The notes beneath the pieces were generated by a model. The model was not told the DNA's origin. It was given only the letters and a program-made list of their open reading frames with translations, and searched no databases. Made by a program: the position numbers and the translations under genes. This document shows positions 26,713 through 35,582 of a stretch of 64,000 nt of DNA, one piece after another; positions within the stretch are counted from its first letter, which is position 1, and the number at the start of each line of letters is the position of its first letter. Source of the DNA: a virus. The DNA lies in IMG/VR virus record IMGVR_UViG_3300045988_130116; one strand, 5' to 3'.

Positions 26713-28407
26713 TTATTTAATTTTTTCCCAATCTTTAATAATAATTTTTCTTCCAAATTTATATCTAAATTCTACTAAAGCATCTAAAGTAACATAATCA
26801 TCATCTTGTTTTTCTTCTACTAATTCCTCAAATGCTTTTTTGCTACAGAAATATTTAGTTATTTTTATATCTTTATTTTCAAATTCATAAGTACTATTAC
26901 CTATCTTTTTAATATCTCCTACTTTAAATATAGCATTTTTAATTAAATATAGAGGTGGCTTAATATCATGACTCCATAAGTTTTCATAACTAACTATCTT
27001 TTTAACATCATCTTTAGGAACAAATTCATCATAAATTTTTTCCACATTGATACTTTTTTCTTTTATGGTAATGTTGTCATTAACATATTTTAAAAATTCT
27101 TCTATTTTGTCTTCCTTAATACTGAAGCCAAAAGCATTGTCATGTCCATTACAATATTCAAACAATCCTGTTCCTTCACATATATATTTAAAATCCATTT
27201 CCCCATATCCTCTAGCACTACCTCTCACAAATCCATTTTTGTCAATACTTCCGAGTAATATAGGTCTTTCATAATAATCTAATAACTGATTACAAGTTAA
27301 TCCTCTTAAAGATTTATCTATCTTTTTCTCTCTATCTATATATATAATAACAGTATTATTTTGAGAACCCTCTTCCTCAATTTCTTTTTTAACCATTTCT
27401 GCTATTTTAACCTTTTCTTCTTTTTGTTTCTTTTGAAGGTTAGCACCAATTAATCTAGATTTAGAAGGATAAGATATTGCTTTACCTCTATGTGCTATTA
27501 AATCATTAACTCCTATTAAGGCATTAAACAAATTTTCTTTATCTTCTTTTTTCCCTATTCTAATAGTTGCATTTATAATGGGAGCTATAGAAAACCCAAA
27601 GTCTTCAATAGAAAATCTATCTTTTTTACTTTTCTTCATACTTCTAGCCATTTCTGTTAAAAAAGGATTGGTTATATTCTCTATTTTAGAACCAATATTT
27701 AAATAATATCTATTCTCATAAGAATATTTCATATCACACATATCAGATATTAATGAAGCCGCTACCAAATCTAAATATTTATTGCCTATTGCCCCATCAC
27801 AACATTCCACAAGTTCTTTGCAGAATTTATAACTAACTCCACAACCACTTAAATATATATTTTCAACGATTCCATCTTGATTATTAATAAGTGCTACATT
27901 GTCCTCTATATCTCTTAATCTATCTCCTATCTCTATTATATGGTGGTCTAATATTAAAATTTGAATACCTTTATCAGTGACTTCTTTTAAAGGCTCAAAT
28001 TCAACACTACCACCATCAGGTATAATTAATAGTTTAATATTGTTGTTAACTAAAGTATCTAAATTTCTAAGTTGGAATCCATGTTCTCTTCCTTCATTAA
28101 GAATAAAAGTTACATTTTCATATTCAAAATCGTCATATATAACTTGGTATACTAATGCCCCTGAAAAGTATCCATCTGCATCTGAATCTATCTGTATTGC
28201 TATGTTATCATTATTAGCCATAGTATTTAATAAGAAGTCTATGCCTTTATTTAAATTTTTATAATGCTCTACATTTTCTTCAAATTCATCATTCGCTAGA
28301 AGTAAACTAAGAGCTTCTTTTTTAGTCAAGTCTCTTATTTCTAACATATTCTTTTCTACATCTTCTGAAAGACTGTTTAAAAATACCTTATTTCTTATAT
28401 CTTTCAT
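26713..28407 (-). CDS. RecJ-like DHH-family single-strand DNA exonuclease
   Basis: DHH motifs IQIDSDADGY, LIIPDGGS, ILDHHI and the DHHA1-like GHDNAFG. Confidence 0.8.
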   Translation of the reverse strand: MKDIRNKVFLNSLSEDVEKNMLEIRDLTKKEALSLLLANDEFEENVEHYKNLNKGIDFLLNTMANNDNIAIQIDSDADGYFSGALVYQVIYDDFEYENVTFILNEGREHGFQLRNLDTLVNNNIKLLIIPDGGSVEFEPLKEVTDKGIQILILDHHIIEIGDRLRDIEDNVALINNQDGIVENIYLSGCGVSYKFCKELVECCDGAIGNKYLDLVAASLISDMCDMKYSYENRYYLNIGSKIENITNPFLTEMARSMKKSKKDRFSIEDFGFSIAPIINATIRIGKKEDKENLFNALIGVNDLIAHRGKAISYPSKSRLIGANLQKKQKEEKVKIAEMVKKEIEEEGSQNNTVIIYIDREKKIDKSLRGLTCNQLLDYYERPILLGSIDKNGFVRGSARGYGEMDFKYICEGTGLFEYCNGHDNAFGFSIKEDKIEEFLKYVNDNITIKEKSINVEKIYDEFVPKDDVKKIVSYENLWSHDIKPPLYLIKNAIFKVGDIKKIGNSTYEFENKDIKITKYFCSKKAFEELVEEKQDDDYVTLDALVEFRYKFGRKIIIKDWEKIK

Positions 28408-28417
28408 TTAATCACTC

Positions 28418-28669
28418 CTAAAATAGTTTTCGTTTCTTCTTTAAATTTATTTCTAAATCATTATTTTTATAATGGTTTAAAATATTTCTATTTTCTAACA
28501 ACTCTTCTATAGAATTATAATAAGATGTTGTAGTCTTCCCTTCCATATTTATTAAAAAATAGTGATTGCTACTATTATTTTTTATTATCATTCTAAATCC
28601 AAATCCACTAATTTCTAATAAATCTCCAACCTCATAAGGTTCTCTTTTACTATTTATATTAATTTCCAC
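28418..28669 (-). CDS. hypothetical protein (83 aa)
   Basis: Track ORF. GTG start 7 nt after AGGAGG. Confidence 0.55.
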   Translation of the reverse strand: MEININSKREPYEVGDLLEISGFGFRMIIKNNSSNHYFLINMEGKTTTSYYNSIEELLENRNILNHYKNNDLEINLKKKRKLF

Positions 28670-28680
28670 CTTTGTACCTC

Positions 28681-29259
28681 CTATTTACGTGAAACATTAT
28701 AATTATCTAATAACCAGTGAAATTGACAATCTTCTTTTGATTCTTTATATTTACAATGACTACAAGAACCATCATATTTTAAACATATATCGTCATATGA
28801 ATCTTGCAACTCTTCTACCGTTACTTTGTTTTTAGGAGCTTCCGCTAATTTACATTCGTCCCAACAGACTAAAGTTCCGCTATTATTACTCCAAACCGTT
28901 CTCCCCTCCATATATGTATAATATTTTCCTCCACTATAACTATTAAAATATTCCTTATTCCAATAACTGTCATTATGATTTTTTACCAATACCTTTGTAT
29001 CAACTGGTATTTTACTCCAATCTATTTCTTCTCTTTCCCATATTAACTTATCATCAATATCATATATTTTCATAACATCCATTTTCCCATCAGAGTGTAA
29101 GGCAAGTAAATCCTCCGAATAACCTTTCATACGGTCTTCAAAAACGCCAGTAGGTATAAGCGTCCCTTTGTCTCTATAAACCTTGCCATTTATTATAAAA
29201 TATTTAGACTTGCCTCTACATTCAAAACTCATGCCATTTTTTAAATCAGATTTTTTCAT
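28681..29259 (-). CDS. family A paralogue (192 aa), unknown function
   Basis: MKKSDLKNGM.. start and DVMKIYDIDDKLIWEREEIDWSKIPVDTKV core, shared with 40092, 41488 and 42400. Confidence 0.65.
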   Translation of the reverse strand: MKKSDLKNGMSFECRGKSKYFIINGKVYRDKGTLIPTGVFEDRMKGYSEDLLALHSDGKMDVMKIYDIDDKLIWEREEIDWSKIPVDTKVLVKNHNDSYWNKEYFNSYSGGKYYTYMEGRTVWSNNSGTLVCWDECKLAEAPKNKVTVEELQDSYDDICLKYDGSCSHCKYKESKEDCQFHWLLDNYNVSRK

Positions 29260-29260
29260 A

Positions 29261-29398
29261 TTATCTATCTCCTTTCTTAAAAAGTGATGCAGATTTTCTA
29301 CACTTTTTTAAAAATTCATCACTTATTTTATTCTTATTTATTTCATTAATAAATTCTTTTGCATACACTTGTTTAACTTTTACACTTATTAAATTCAT
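29261..29398 (-). CDS. small basic protein (45 aa)
   Basis: Not in the track. ATG overlaps the primase TGA (ATGA). Ends 1 nt before the next ATG. MNLISVKVKQVYAKEFINEINKNK... Confidence 0.4.
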   Translation of the reverse strand: MNLISVKVKQVYAKEFINEINKNKISDEFLKKCRKSASLFKKGDR

Positions 29399-30468
29399 AT
29401 TGTTACCTCAAAATCCTTAAAATCTATTCTATTATTAAATAATTCTAAGTATATTTCTTTACCTTTATCCGTAGGAGAGTCTTTATATTCTAATAATCCA
29501 TTCTCTAAAGAATCCCATATAATTGACACCTTTATATTTTCAGGAATCCTATAAGCTAATTTAATTATCTTGCATTTCCATAATAATTCTTCTTCTTTAT
29601 TTTGGTATTGTTTATCAAAAGCAAATACTATCTCCTCTACTCCTAGAAGTAAAAGTATTTTTATTTGCTCATAACTTAAATTAGAACCACAAACTGCGAC
29701 AGAATTATTTTCTTCAAGATAACTATTAAGCTGCATTGTCCCTTTTTCTCCTTCAAAAAGGACCGCTATTTTTGTCTCCTGTATCGCCTCTTTATTTTGC
29801 CAATAACCATACAAATTATATTTTAAACTATGAGAATACATTTGCTCTCTAAAATAAAACGGGACATATTTTCCAAACTTTTCTGCAACTTCTTTATCTA
29901 AATTTCTAATTCTTACTCCTACAATTTCTCCTGTATCCCAAGCAAAATGAGGAATGATAATTTTTTCTCCTATTTCATCATACCTTATGTCATATTTTTT
30001 TAATGTTCTGAAAGTTATTCCTTCATCTTCCCACATGGGTAATCTTTTAATAGGAAATCTTCTATAAGCAAACGGTTTCTTTTGTTTAGGTAAGGACGGG
30101 ACTTCAAGTTTATCTATATCTACTTCTCTTCTTTGTGGTCGATTTCTTGATTTTCTACCAACTCCATGTCTATGATATTTACCATTAACGCCAAAGTAAG
30201 AATTTATTATACTCATTGCTTCTTTAAAGTCACATTCTTTAATTTTCATAGTTAAATCGGCTAGACTTCCTAAATTACCACAATGAGAGAAACAAAAGAA
30301 GCTATGAGTATCTTCATTATAATACAATTTAGGAGAAGTGCTATTATGACAAAATGATTCAAATATAGCATTGTTATTATAACCTTCACGAGTCACACAT
30401 CTACCTTGAAGAATTTCTTCTACAAAATTTATTACCTGTTCTTTATTTAAGTCTTGCAAGATACTCAT
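29395..30468 (-). CDS. DnaG-type DNA primase
   Basis: CHC2-type zinc finger (CHNSTS..FFCFSHCGN). Toprim-like acidic blocks VLFEGEKG and FAFDKQ. Adjacent to the helicase. Confidence 0.8.
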   Translation of the reverse strand: MSILQDLNKEQVINFVEEILQGRCVTREGYNNNAIFESFCHNSTSPKLYYNEDTHSFFCFSHCGNLGSLADLTMKIKECDFKEAMSIINSYFGVNGKYHRHGVGRKSRNRPQRREVDIDKLEVPSLPKQKKPFAYRRFPIKRLPMWEDEGITFRTLKKYDIRYDEIGEKIIIPHFAWDTGEIVGVRIRNLDKEVAEKFGKYVPFYFREQMYSHSLKYNLYGYWQNKEAIQETKIAVLFEGEKGTMQLNSYLEENNSVAVCGSNLSYEQIKILLLLGVEEIVFAFDKQYQNKEEELLWKCKIIKLAYRIPENIKVSIIWDSLENGLLEYKDSPTDKGKEIYLELFNNRIDFKDFEVTI

Positions 30469-30482
30469 GGTCTTCTCCTTCC

Positions 30483-30692
30483 CTATACTATTTCTTCAAT
30501 TAATCTTTTAAGTTCATTAAAATTTTTTCCTATACAGTCTATATCCATTTGCATAATACATTCTTCATTTATTTCATTCAAGCAATAATCACAAGAGTAC
30601 CATACTCTCATATAACAATTCTCAATGTCTACAAGTTTAATAGTTTCTTTTTTTAATTTTTCAAGACTATCTAATATTTCATTCTTGTCCAT
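30483..30692 (-). CDS. hypothetical Cys-containing protein (69 aa)
   Basis: Track ORF. ATG after GGAGGGATAAT. Confidence 0.6.
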   Translation of the reverse strand: MDKNEILDSLEKLKKETIKLVDIENCYMRVWYSCDYCLNEINEECIMQMDIDCIGKNFNELKRLIEEIV

Positions 30693-30706
30693 ATTATCCC
30701 TCCATT

Positions 30707-30790
30707 TTAAGAATCACCCTTAAAAATGATTTTCTCAACTATAAATAATATTAAATAAACTACTAATAAAACACATATTAAACCTATCAC
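30707..30790 (-). CDS. possible 27-aa hydrophobic peptide
   Basis: GTG 30790 after AAGGAGAAAAC. MIGLICVLLVVYLILFIVEKIIFKGDS. First ORF after promoter 30817-30845. Confidence 0.3.
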   Translation of the reverse strand: MIGLICVLLVVYLILFIVEKIIFKGDS

Positions 30791-30816
30791 GTTTTCTCCT
30801 TTCTTATTATATTTAT

Positions 30817-30845
30817 ATTATATCACATTTTAATATTGTTGTCAA
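30817..30845 (-). promoter_or_regulatory. sigma-A promoter (family copy)
   Basis: TTGACAACAATATTAAAATGTGATATAAT. Confidence 0.75.
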
Positions 30846-30851
30846 GTACTT

Positions 30852-32471
30852 TTAGTAAAATAATCCGGTATAAACGTTATCTACATATGCAACATCTTTA
30901 ATTCTACCATAGTCTCCGTTAAATTCCTGCAAAATAATTATATTTGAATCACTAGCTTCCCTACACTTGTCTAAGAAAGCCAATATATAATGTTTATTTT
31001 TATCTAGTGTAAGTTCATCATCAAAATCTCCTTCTAATCTTCTTCTAGTAGGAGTAGCTTTATCTATTATCTTAAAATATTTTTTCTTAAAGTTACCATT
31101 CTTATCTTTTCTCCAAACATATGGTTTTAAAAACATTCTATCGTCTTCTTCATCTAATTCTTTTGGATTTACCTTTCTAGTTAATAAAAGAAGCCCTGCA
31201 ACATCTTTAACGTGTTTTGACCCTGCTAGTAAACTAGATGTTAAGAAACTTGCTTTACCAGTCATAGAACCCATAAGTTGCATAGGTAATAATATTTTAC
31301 AATTCATTTCTTTACCAAATTTATCTAGGGCAACCGAATTAGCCATTAACTCTTTAACACTATCCTCTTGTGATTCGGCTTTAAATGTTTCTACAATTAA
31401 TGTTGAGAAACCTTCTGCTAGAATTAACTTCTTAGCTTCCCTCATTATTTTATCAACAGAAAACTCACTAACGCTATAAAATGCAATAGTATCTTTATAT
31501 CTTTCTTTGATAAATTTATTGGCTTTTAAAAAAACTTTCTTTTCTTCATCGTTAAAATTAAAATGTTTAATCTTTGTTCTATTTAATGTGAAACAACCAA
31601 ATACATATGCGGAAATATAAGATAATAACATTGTTCTAAAATATTTAATCTGTTGTTCATTACTTACTAGAATTACTTTTTCTCCATTCTCTACAAGGGA
31701 CATAGCGATATTTGTTACAAGCGTAGTTTTTCCGACTCCACTAAAAGCTCCAAATATAGCCACCCCGTTACCGCTGCTTAACCCATCGGTACTTTTACTA
31801 AGAAGTGGAAAATTCTTATGATATTTAAACTCTCCATTTTCTGTCTCCCAAGTTAAAGTAGTGTCATAATAAGTCGTGTCATCATCCACTTCTCCTTCTT
31901 CAATTTGTTCAAGTTCTTCATCAGAATAAAATAAATATTCTCTTATCATATCTGTTGCAACACTTCTTACATTCACACTTGATAACTGCATATCAAAGAA
32001 ATCTAAAACTTGTTGACTACTCATAGAAGTAAATTTATCGGCAGGTACAATTTTCTTACCTCCTACCAATATCTCCTTGTTTATATCAATAGCTAACTTC
32101 TCTGAAACTTCTTCTATTAGATTATATTTGATTACTTCATCCAAATGTGAATAGAAATTTTCTACATTGGCTAACTCCTTAATCTTTTTAAACTCTTTTG
32201 CTCCTCCATAGTCCTCAAAATCTTGAGTTAATGCTTCTGAAAGTTTAAGGAAATTAATAACAGTAAATTCATTAACTTCCCTATATCTTGTAGATAATTC
32301 AGAAACTAATTTAAAATAAAATTTATTCTTAGGAGTAGAAAAATCATCTTCTATTAAAGGTGTTTCACTTATTAAACTTAAATCTTGAAGAAGGCATGAT
32401 ATTAACATTTTTTCAGCAATCTCTTTTTGTTCATTCATTACTTCACATTCTACATCTAATGCTCTCGCCAT
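30852..32471 (-). CDS. DnaB-like replicative DNA helicase
   Basis: N-terminal AEKMLISCLLQD helix, Walker A GAFSGVGKTT, Walker-B-like TLIVETF. Lies upstream of the primase in the same operon. Confidence 0.82.
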   Translation of the reverse strand: MARALDVECEVMNEQKEIAEKMLISCLLQDLSLISETPLIEDDFSTPKNKFYFKLVSELSTRYREVNEFTVINFLKLSEALTQDFEDYGGAKEFKKIKELANVENFYSHLDEVIKYNLIEEVSEKLAIDINKEILVGGKKIVPADKFTSMSSQQVLDFFDMQLSSVNVRSVATDMIREYLFYSDEELEQIEEGEVDDDTTYYDTTLTWETENGEFKYHKNFPLLSKSTDGLSSGNGVAIFGAFSGVGKTTLVTNIAMSLVENGEKVILVSNEQQIKYFRTMLLSYISAYVFGCFTLNRTKIKHFNFNDEEKKVFLKANKFIKERYKDTIAFYSVSEFSVDKIMREAKKLILAEGFSTLIVETFKAESQEDSVKELMANSVALDKFGKEMNCKILLPMQLMGSMTGKASFLTSSLLAGSKHVKDVAGLLLLTRKVNPKELDEEDDRMFLKPYVWRKDKNGNFKKKYFKIIDKATPTRRRLEGDFDDELTLDKNKHYILAFLDKCREASDSNIIILQEFNGDYGRIKDVAYVDNVYTGLFY

Positions 32472-32483
32472 TTTACTACCTCC

Positions 32484-33026
32484 TTATAGAATATCCATTA
32501 AACCTCTTTTTACTTTCTTCCTTTTAACAACAGGTTTTTTAACTTCTGTTTCCACTTCTATATTAGAACCGATATCTTCATATTCTGTTGTATCTTTAAT
32601 TGGCTTACCTGATCTACTAAAATAATCTTTTATCTCTGAACGTATAATTGCAAATATATATAAAATCTTTTGATACTCATTCATATCTCCGTTGACCAAT
32701 TTCTTGTCTAAAGACTCTTTTATATATTCTCCTTTATCTAAAAGAAATTTATTTACCTGTCTCCTAGAATATCCTACATCGTATATTTTTGCAAATTCTT
32801 TATTTTTTGTATTATTAATACAGGTATATCCTATAATCTTGTCAAAAAGAATTTGATTTTCTCTAAGCAACTCTGTATTCTTTTCATGTTCTCTATATTC
32901 TTCTTCTGAACAATAATATTGATTTTTCTTTTTACCATTTTTATCTATCTTAGGGAAATTAAACGCTACATCTGTTGTTAAAGGTTTCCCACATAATTTA
33001 CATTTACATTTATAAATTTTTGTCAT
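32484..33026 (-). CDS. hypothetical Zn-ribbon protein upstream of the helicase (loader-like position only)
   Basis: Track ORF. CKCKLCGK..YYCSEEEY. No motif for function. Confidence 0.6.
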   Translation of the reverse strand: MTKIYKCKCKLCGKPLTTDVAFNFPKIDKNGKKKNQYYCSEEEYREHEKNTELLRENQILFDKIIGYTCINNTKNKEFAKIYDVGYSRRQVNKFLLDKGEYIKESLDKKLVNGDMNEYQKILYIFAIIRSEIKDYFSRSGKPIKDTTEYEDIGSNIEVETEVKKPVVKRKKVKRGLMDIL

Positions 33027-33055
33027 TAATTATTCTCCTTTCTATATAAATTATA

Positions 33056-34039
33056 TTATATTTTTATATTATTATTTAAAATCTCTTTTATATTTTCATA
33101 ATCATAATACCAAATTTCTAATAGTTTAATATTATTATCTCTTGCATATTTTTCCTTTCTTCTATCGTGTTCTTTTTGTATTATAAAATTTTTTTTATTT
33201 TCTTGAAGATGTTCTACAAACTGTTCATGTTGTATCCCTTGATATTCAATTAATAAATTATATTTAGGTAAATAAAAATCATAAGACAACAAGCCATTCC
33301 CTACTCCTATTAAACGTTTAAACGTTTTTTGTTGCTTAAATTCTATTTTATTGTTTATCAACCATTCTTTTATTCTTTGTTCTCCTTTACTAGAAGTACA
33401 ATTTATGCATTTCATGGAACGATTTTTACTCGTAATATTACTTAAAGCTGTTTCAAATTCCTCTCCACAATCTTCACAATAAAACTTAATTTTCTGTGCA
33501 CTACAAGGAGTAACTTCAAAAGGAGATTTTGTATTAGACTTGCTCCAATATTTAGCCATTTGTGGACATAAATAACCAAATGAATCTTTAGGGTGTAAAT
33601 GTTTACCTTTATGACTACAATAAGGACACCTATTCCCATTATAAAAATTATTACAAGTAAGTTTATAGCTCCCATGATAATCTGTTTTATCACATTTAAT
33701 CCAAACTTTTTTATTACTTGCTCTATATATTAAATAAGGATTATCGGTATTTTTATCCCAATCCCAGTATTTATTTAATGGTTCTTTTAGTTCTTGTTGG
33801 ATGTAATAAGCTAAACTATTTTCATATTTATTACAGCAATTCGAGCAATTTATACCTTTTTTAAAAGAACTTGGTGTAGTATCATATTTTCTACCACAAT
33901 AAGGACATTGTACTCTTATATAAGTATGTGTTTTACTTTTATTTTTATTTTCTATCGTAATCTCGCTACTTTTATAAGTACCTATATATTTATATCCTTT
34001 ATCTTCTACTATTTGTCTATGTATTTTATTATCATACAT
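33056..34039 (-). CDS. free-standing homing-endonuclease-like protein (Zn-ribbon repeats + C-terminal restriction-endonuclease-like domain)
   Basis: Repeats of NKYWDWDKN..NPY..KVWIKC..CPYC (DUF4379-like). C-terminal GEQRIKEWL..IEFKQQK..DFYLPKYNLLIEYQGIQHE. Paralogue of 38301..39527. Confidence 0.7.
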   Translation of the reverse strand: MYDNKIHRQIVEDKGYKYIGTYKSSEITIENKNKSKTHTYIRVQCPYCGRKYDTTPSSFKKGINCSNCCNKYENSLAYYIQQELKEPLNKYWDWDKNTDNPYLIYRASNKKVWIKCDKTDYHGSYKLTCNNFYNGNRCPYCSHKGKHLHPKDSFGYLCPQMAKYWSKSNTKSPFEVTPCSAQKIKFYCEDCGEEFETALSNITSKNRSMKCINCTSSKGEQRIKEWLINNKIEFKQQKTFKRLIGVGNGLLSYDFYLPKYNLLIEYQGIQHEQFVEHLQENKKNFIIQKEHDRRKEKYARDNNIKLLEIWYYDYENIKEILNNNIKI

Positions 34040-34049
34040 ATAACCCCTC

Positions 34050-34433
34050 CTATTCTAATCCTCTGTATTTTATTTTATCTAAAGTATGTATCTCTCCGTT
34101 ATTAAATCTACATACAGAACATTCCATTTCATCAGCAATATTAGAACATTGAATATCATAACATCGGATTCCATGTTTCTTTATTTCATTTAAAGGCAAT
34201 TCTGATATACCCCAATAATCCCCATATAAATTTACTTCTATTAATCTCTGATTACATTCTATAATATCTAATTTTTCTTCTTTTACTTTATGAAAAATAA
34301 CAGGGCAAATATCACAATCTATGTTATATTTAACACATAAAATATCATCACAGTTTACATAATTTTCTTGTTGTCTATATTTTTTAGGTAATATTGGAAC
34401 GAACATTTCTCCTATTCTAACTTTCTCACTCAT
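34050..34433 (-). CDS. Cys-rich protein, family C paralogue (127 aa)
   Basis: IPILPKKY..CDDILC..CDICP..CYDIQC..CSVCRFN. Collinear with 34539..34919. Confidence 0.65.
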   Translation of the reverse strand: MSEKVRIGEMFVPILPKKYRQQENYVNCDDILCVKYNIDCDICPVIFHKVKEEKLDIIECNQRLIEVNLYGDYWGISELPLNEIKKHGIRCYDIQCSNIADEMECSVCRFNNGEIHTLDKIKYRGLE

Positions 34434-34458
34434 ATTAATCTCTTCTTTCTATATATTA

Positions 34459-34487
34459 ATTATATCATATTTTAATATTGTTGTCAA
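34459..34487 (-). promoter_or_regulatory. sigma-A promoter (family copy)
   Basis: TTGACAACAATATTAAAATATGATATAAT. Confidence 0.75.
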
Positions 34488-34538
34488 GTATTTTTTTTGA
34501 TTTTTATTATTTACATTTTTTTAGATATTTTAATCCCG

Positions 34539-34919
34539 TTAATCTATTTCTCTCCAAATTATTTTTTCTAAAGAATAAGTTTTATCATCATTAAATTTAC
34601 AACATTCACAATCAATTTCTTCTTTCATACAGAAACATTGTATATCACAACAATCTATTCCATTTTCTACTATATCTTTTAAAGTTTTATTTGTTATGCT
34701 CCAAAATCCCTCACACAATCTTATTTCTACCAATTTTTCATTAGTATTAATAATACACATATCGTTGTCATGGATTTTTCCAAAAGCCATAGGACAGTCT
34801 TCACAGTCTATGCAAAAACCTTCACATAAAATATCCTCGCAGCATATAAATCCTTTTTCAAATTGATATTTTTTTGGTACTATAGGGATTAATTTTTCAT
34901 TTATTTCAATCTTTCTCAT
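34539..34919 (-). CDS. Cys-rich protein, family C paralogue (126 aa)
   Basis: IPIVPKKY..CEDILC..CEDCP..CCDIQC..CECCKFN. Confidence 0.65.
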   Translation of the reverse strand: MRKIEINEKLIPIVPKKYQFEKGFICCEDILCEGFCIDCEDCPMAFGKIHDNDMCIINTNEKLVEIRLCEGFWSITNKTLKDIVENGIDCCDIQCFCMKEEIDCECCKFNDDKTYSLEKIIWREID

Positions 34920-34939
34920 ATTATTTTCTCCTTTCTTTA

Positions 34940-34963
34940 TTAAAAAGGGTAGATATTTCTACC
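34940..34963 (-). terminator. weak terminator/attenuator after erf
   Basis: Minus-strand read GGTAGA-AATA-TCTACC, then CTTTTT. The next gene's SD follows at once and no new promoter is present. Confidence 0.4.
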
Positions 34964-34977
34964 TACCCAATTAATTA

Positions 34978-35562
34978 TTATAAGCTTCTTCTTGATGATT
35001 TTGGTTTAGTAACAGGTTTTGTTTCCTCTTCCTCTACTATTAAATCACTCGCATCGGTATCATCTTCGCTAAATGATAATCCTAATAATGAAGTTATTTG
35101 ATATCTTTTTAAATATGTCATTAATGACCCATAACCCTGTGCTTCTAATTTAGGGGGTATTAAAGATATTGAATTACTCTCTATAAATTGCCCTGTTTCA
35201 ACATGAATTAATCTAGTTTTAATACATATAGAATTTTCTTTTGTTCCACTTATAGGAAATTGCACTAAAATTAATCCTTGGTCATTTAAAATAGGTCTAG
35301 TTACATTTAATATTTGAGATAAACTAGCATAACTAGATTCGTGAAAAGGATTCTCTGCATCTTTTTCTACTGTTGTAAAATGCTTATGAAATCCTGCCAA
35401 AGCCTTATATAACTCTGTGGTATTATCACTAGAATAAAATTGAACATCTGAATTACCTATTTGTTTATTAACATTGAATTTACATTTACACTCCATATTT
35501 GCCTCCTTTAAAGGGTGAGGGATTTCCTCACCTAATATTTTCTCATTAATTACATTTTCCAT
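34978..35562 (-). CDS. erf: ERF-family single-strand annealing protein
   Basis: NPFHESSYASLSQILNVTRPILNDQGL and GYGSLMTYLKRYQITSLLGL blocks. Confidence 0.75.
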   Translation of the reverse strand: MENVINEKILGEEIPHPLKEANMECKCKFNVNKQIGNSDVQFYSSDNTTELYKALAGFHKHFTTVEKDAENPFHESSYASLSQILNVTRPILNDQGLILVQFPISGTKENSICIKTRLIHVETGQFIESNSISLIPPKLEAQGYGSLMTYLKRYQITSLLGLSFSEDDTDASDLIVEEEETKPVTKPKSSRRSL

Positions 35563-35582
35563 GTTTATCTACTCCTTTCAAA

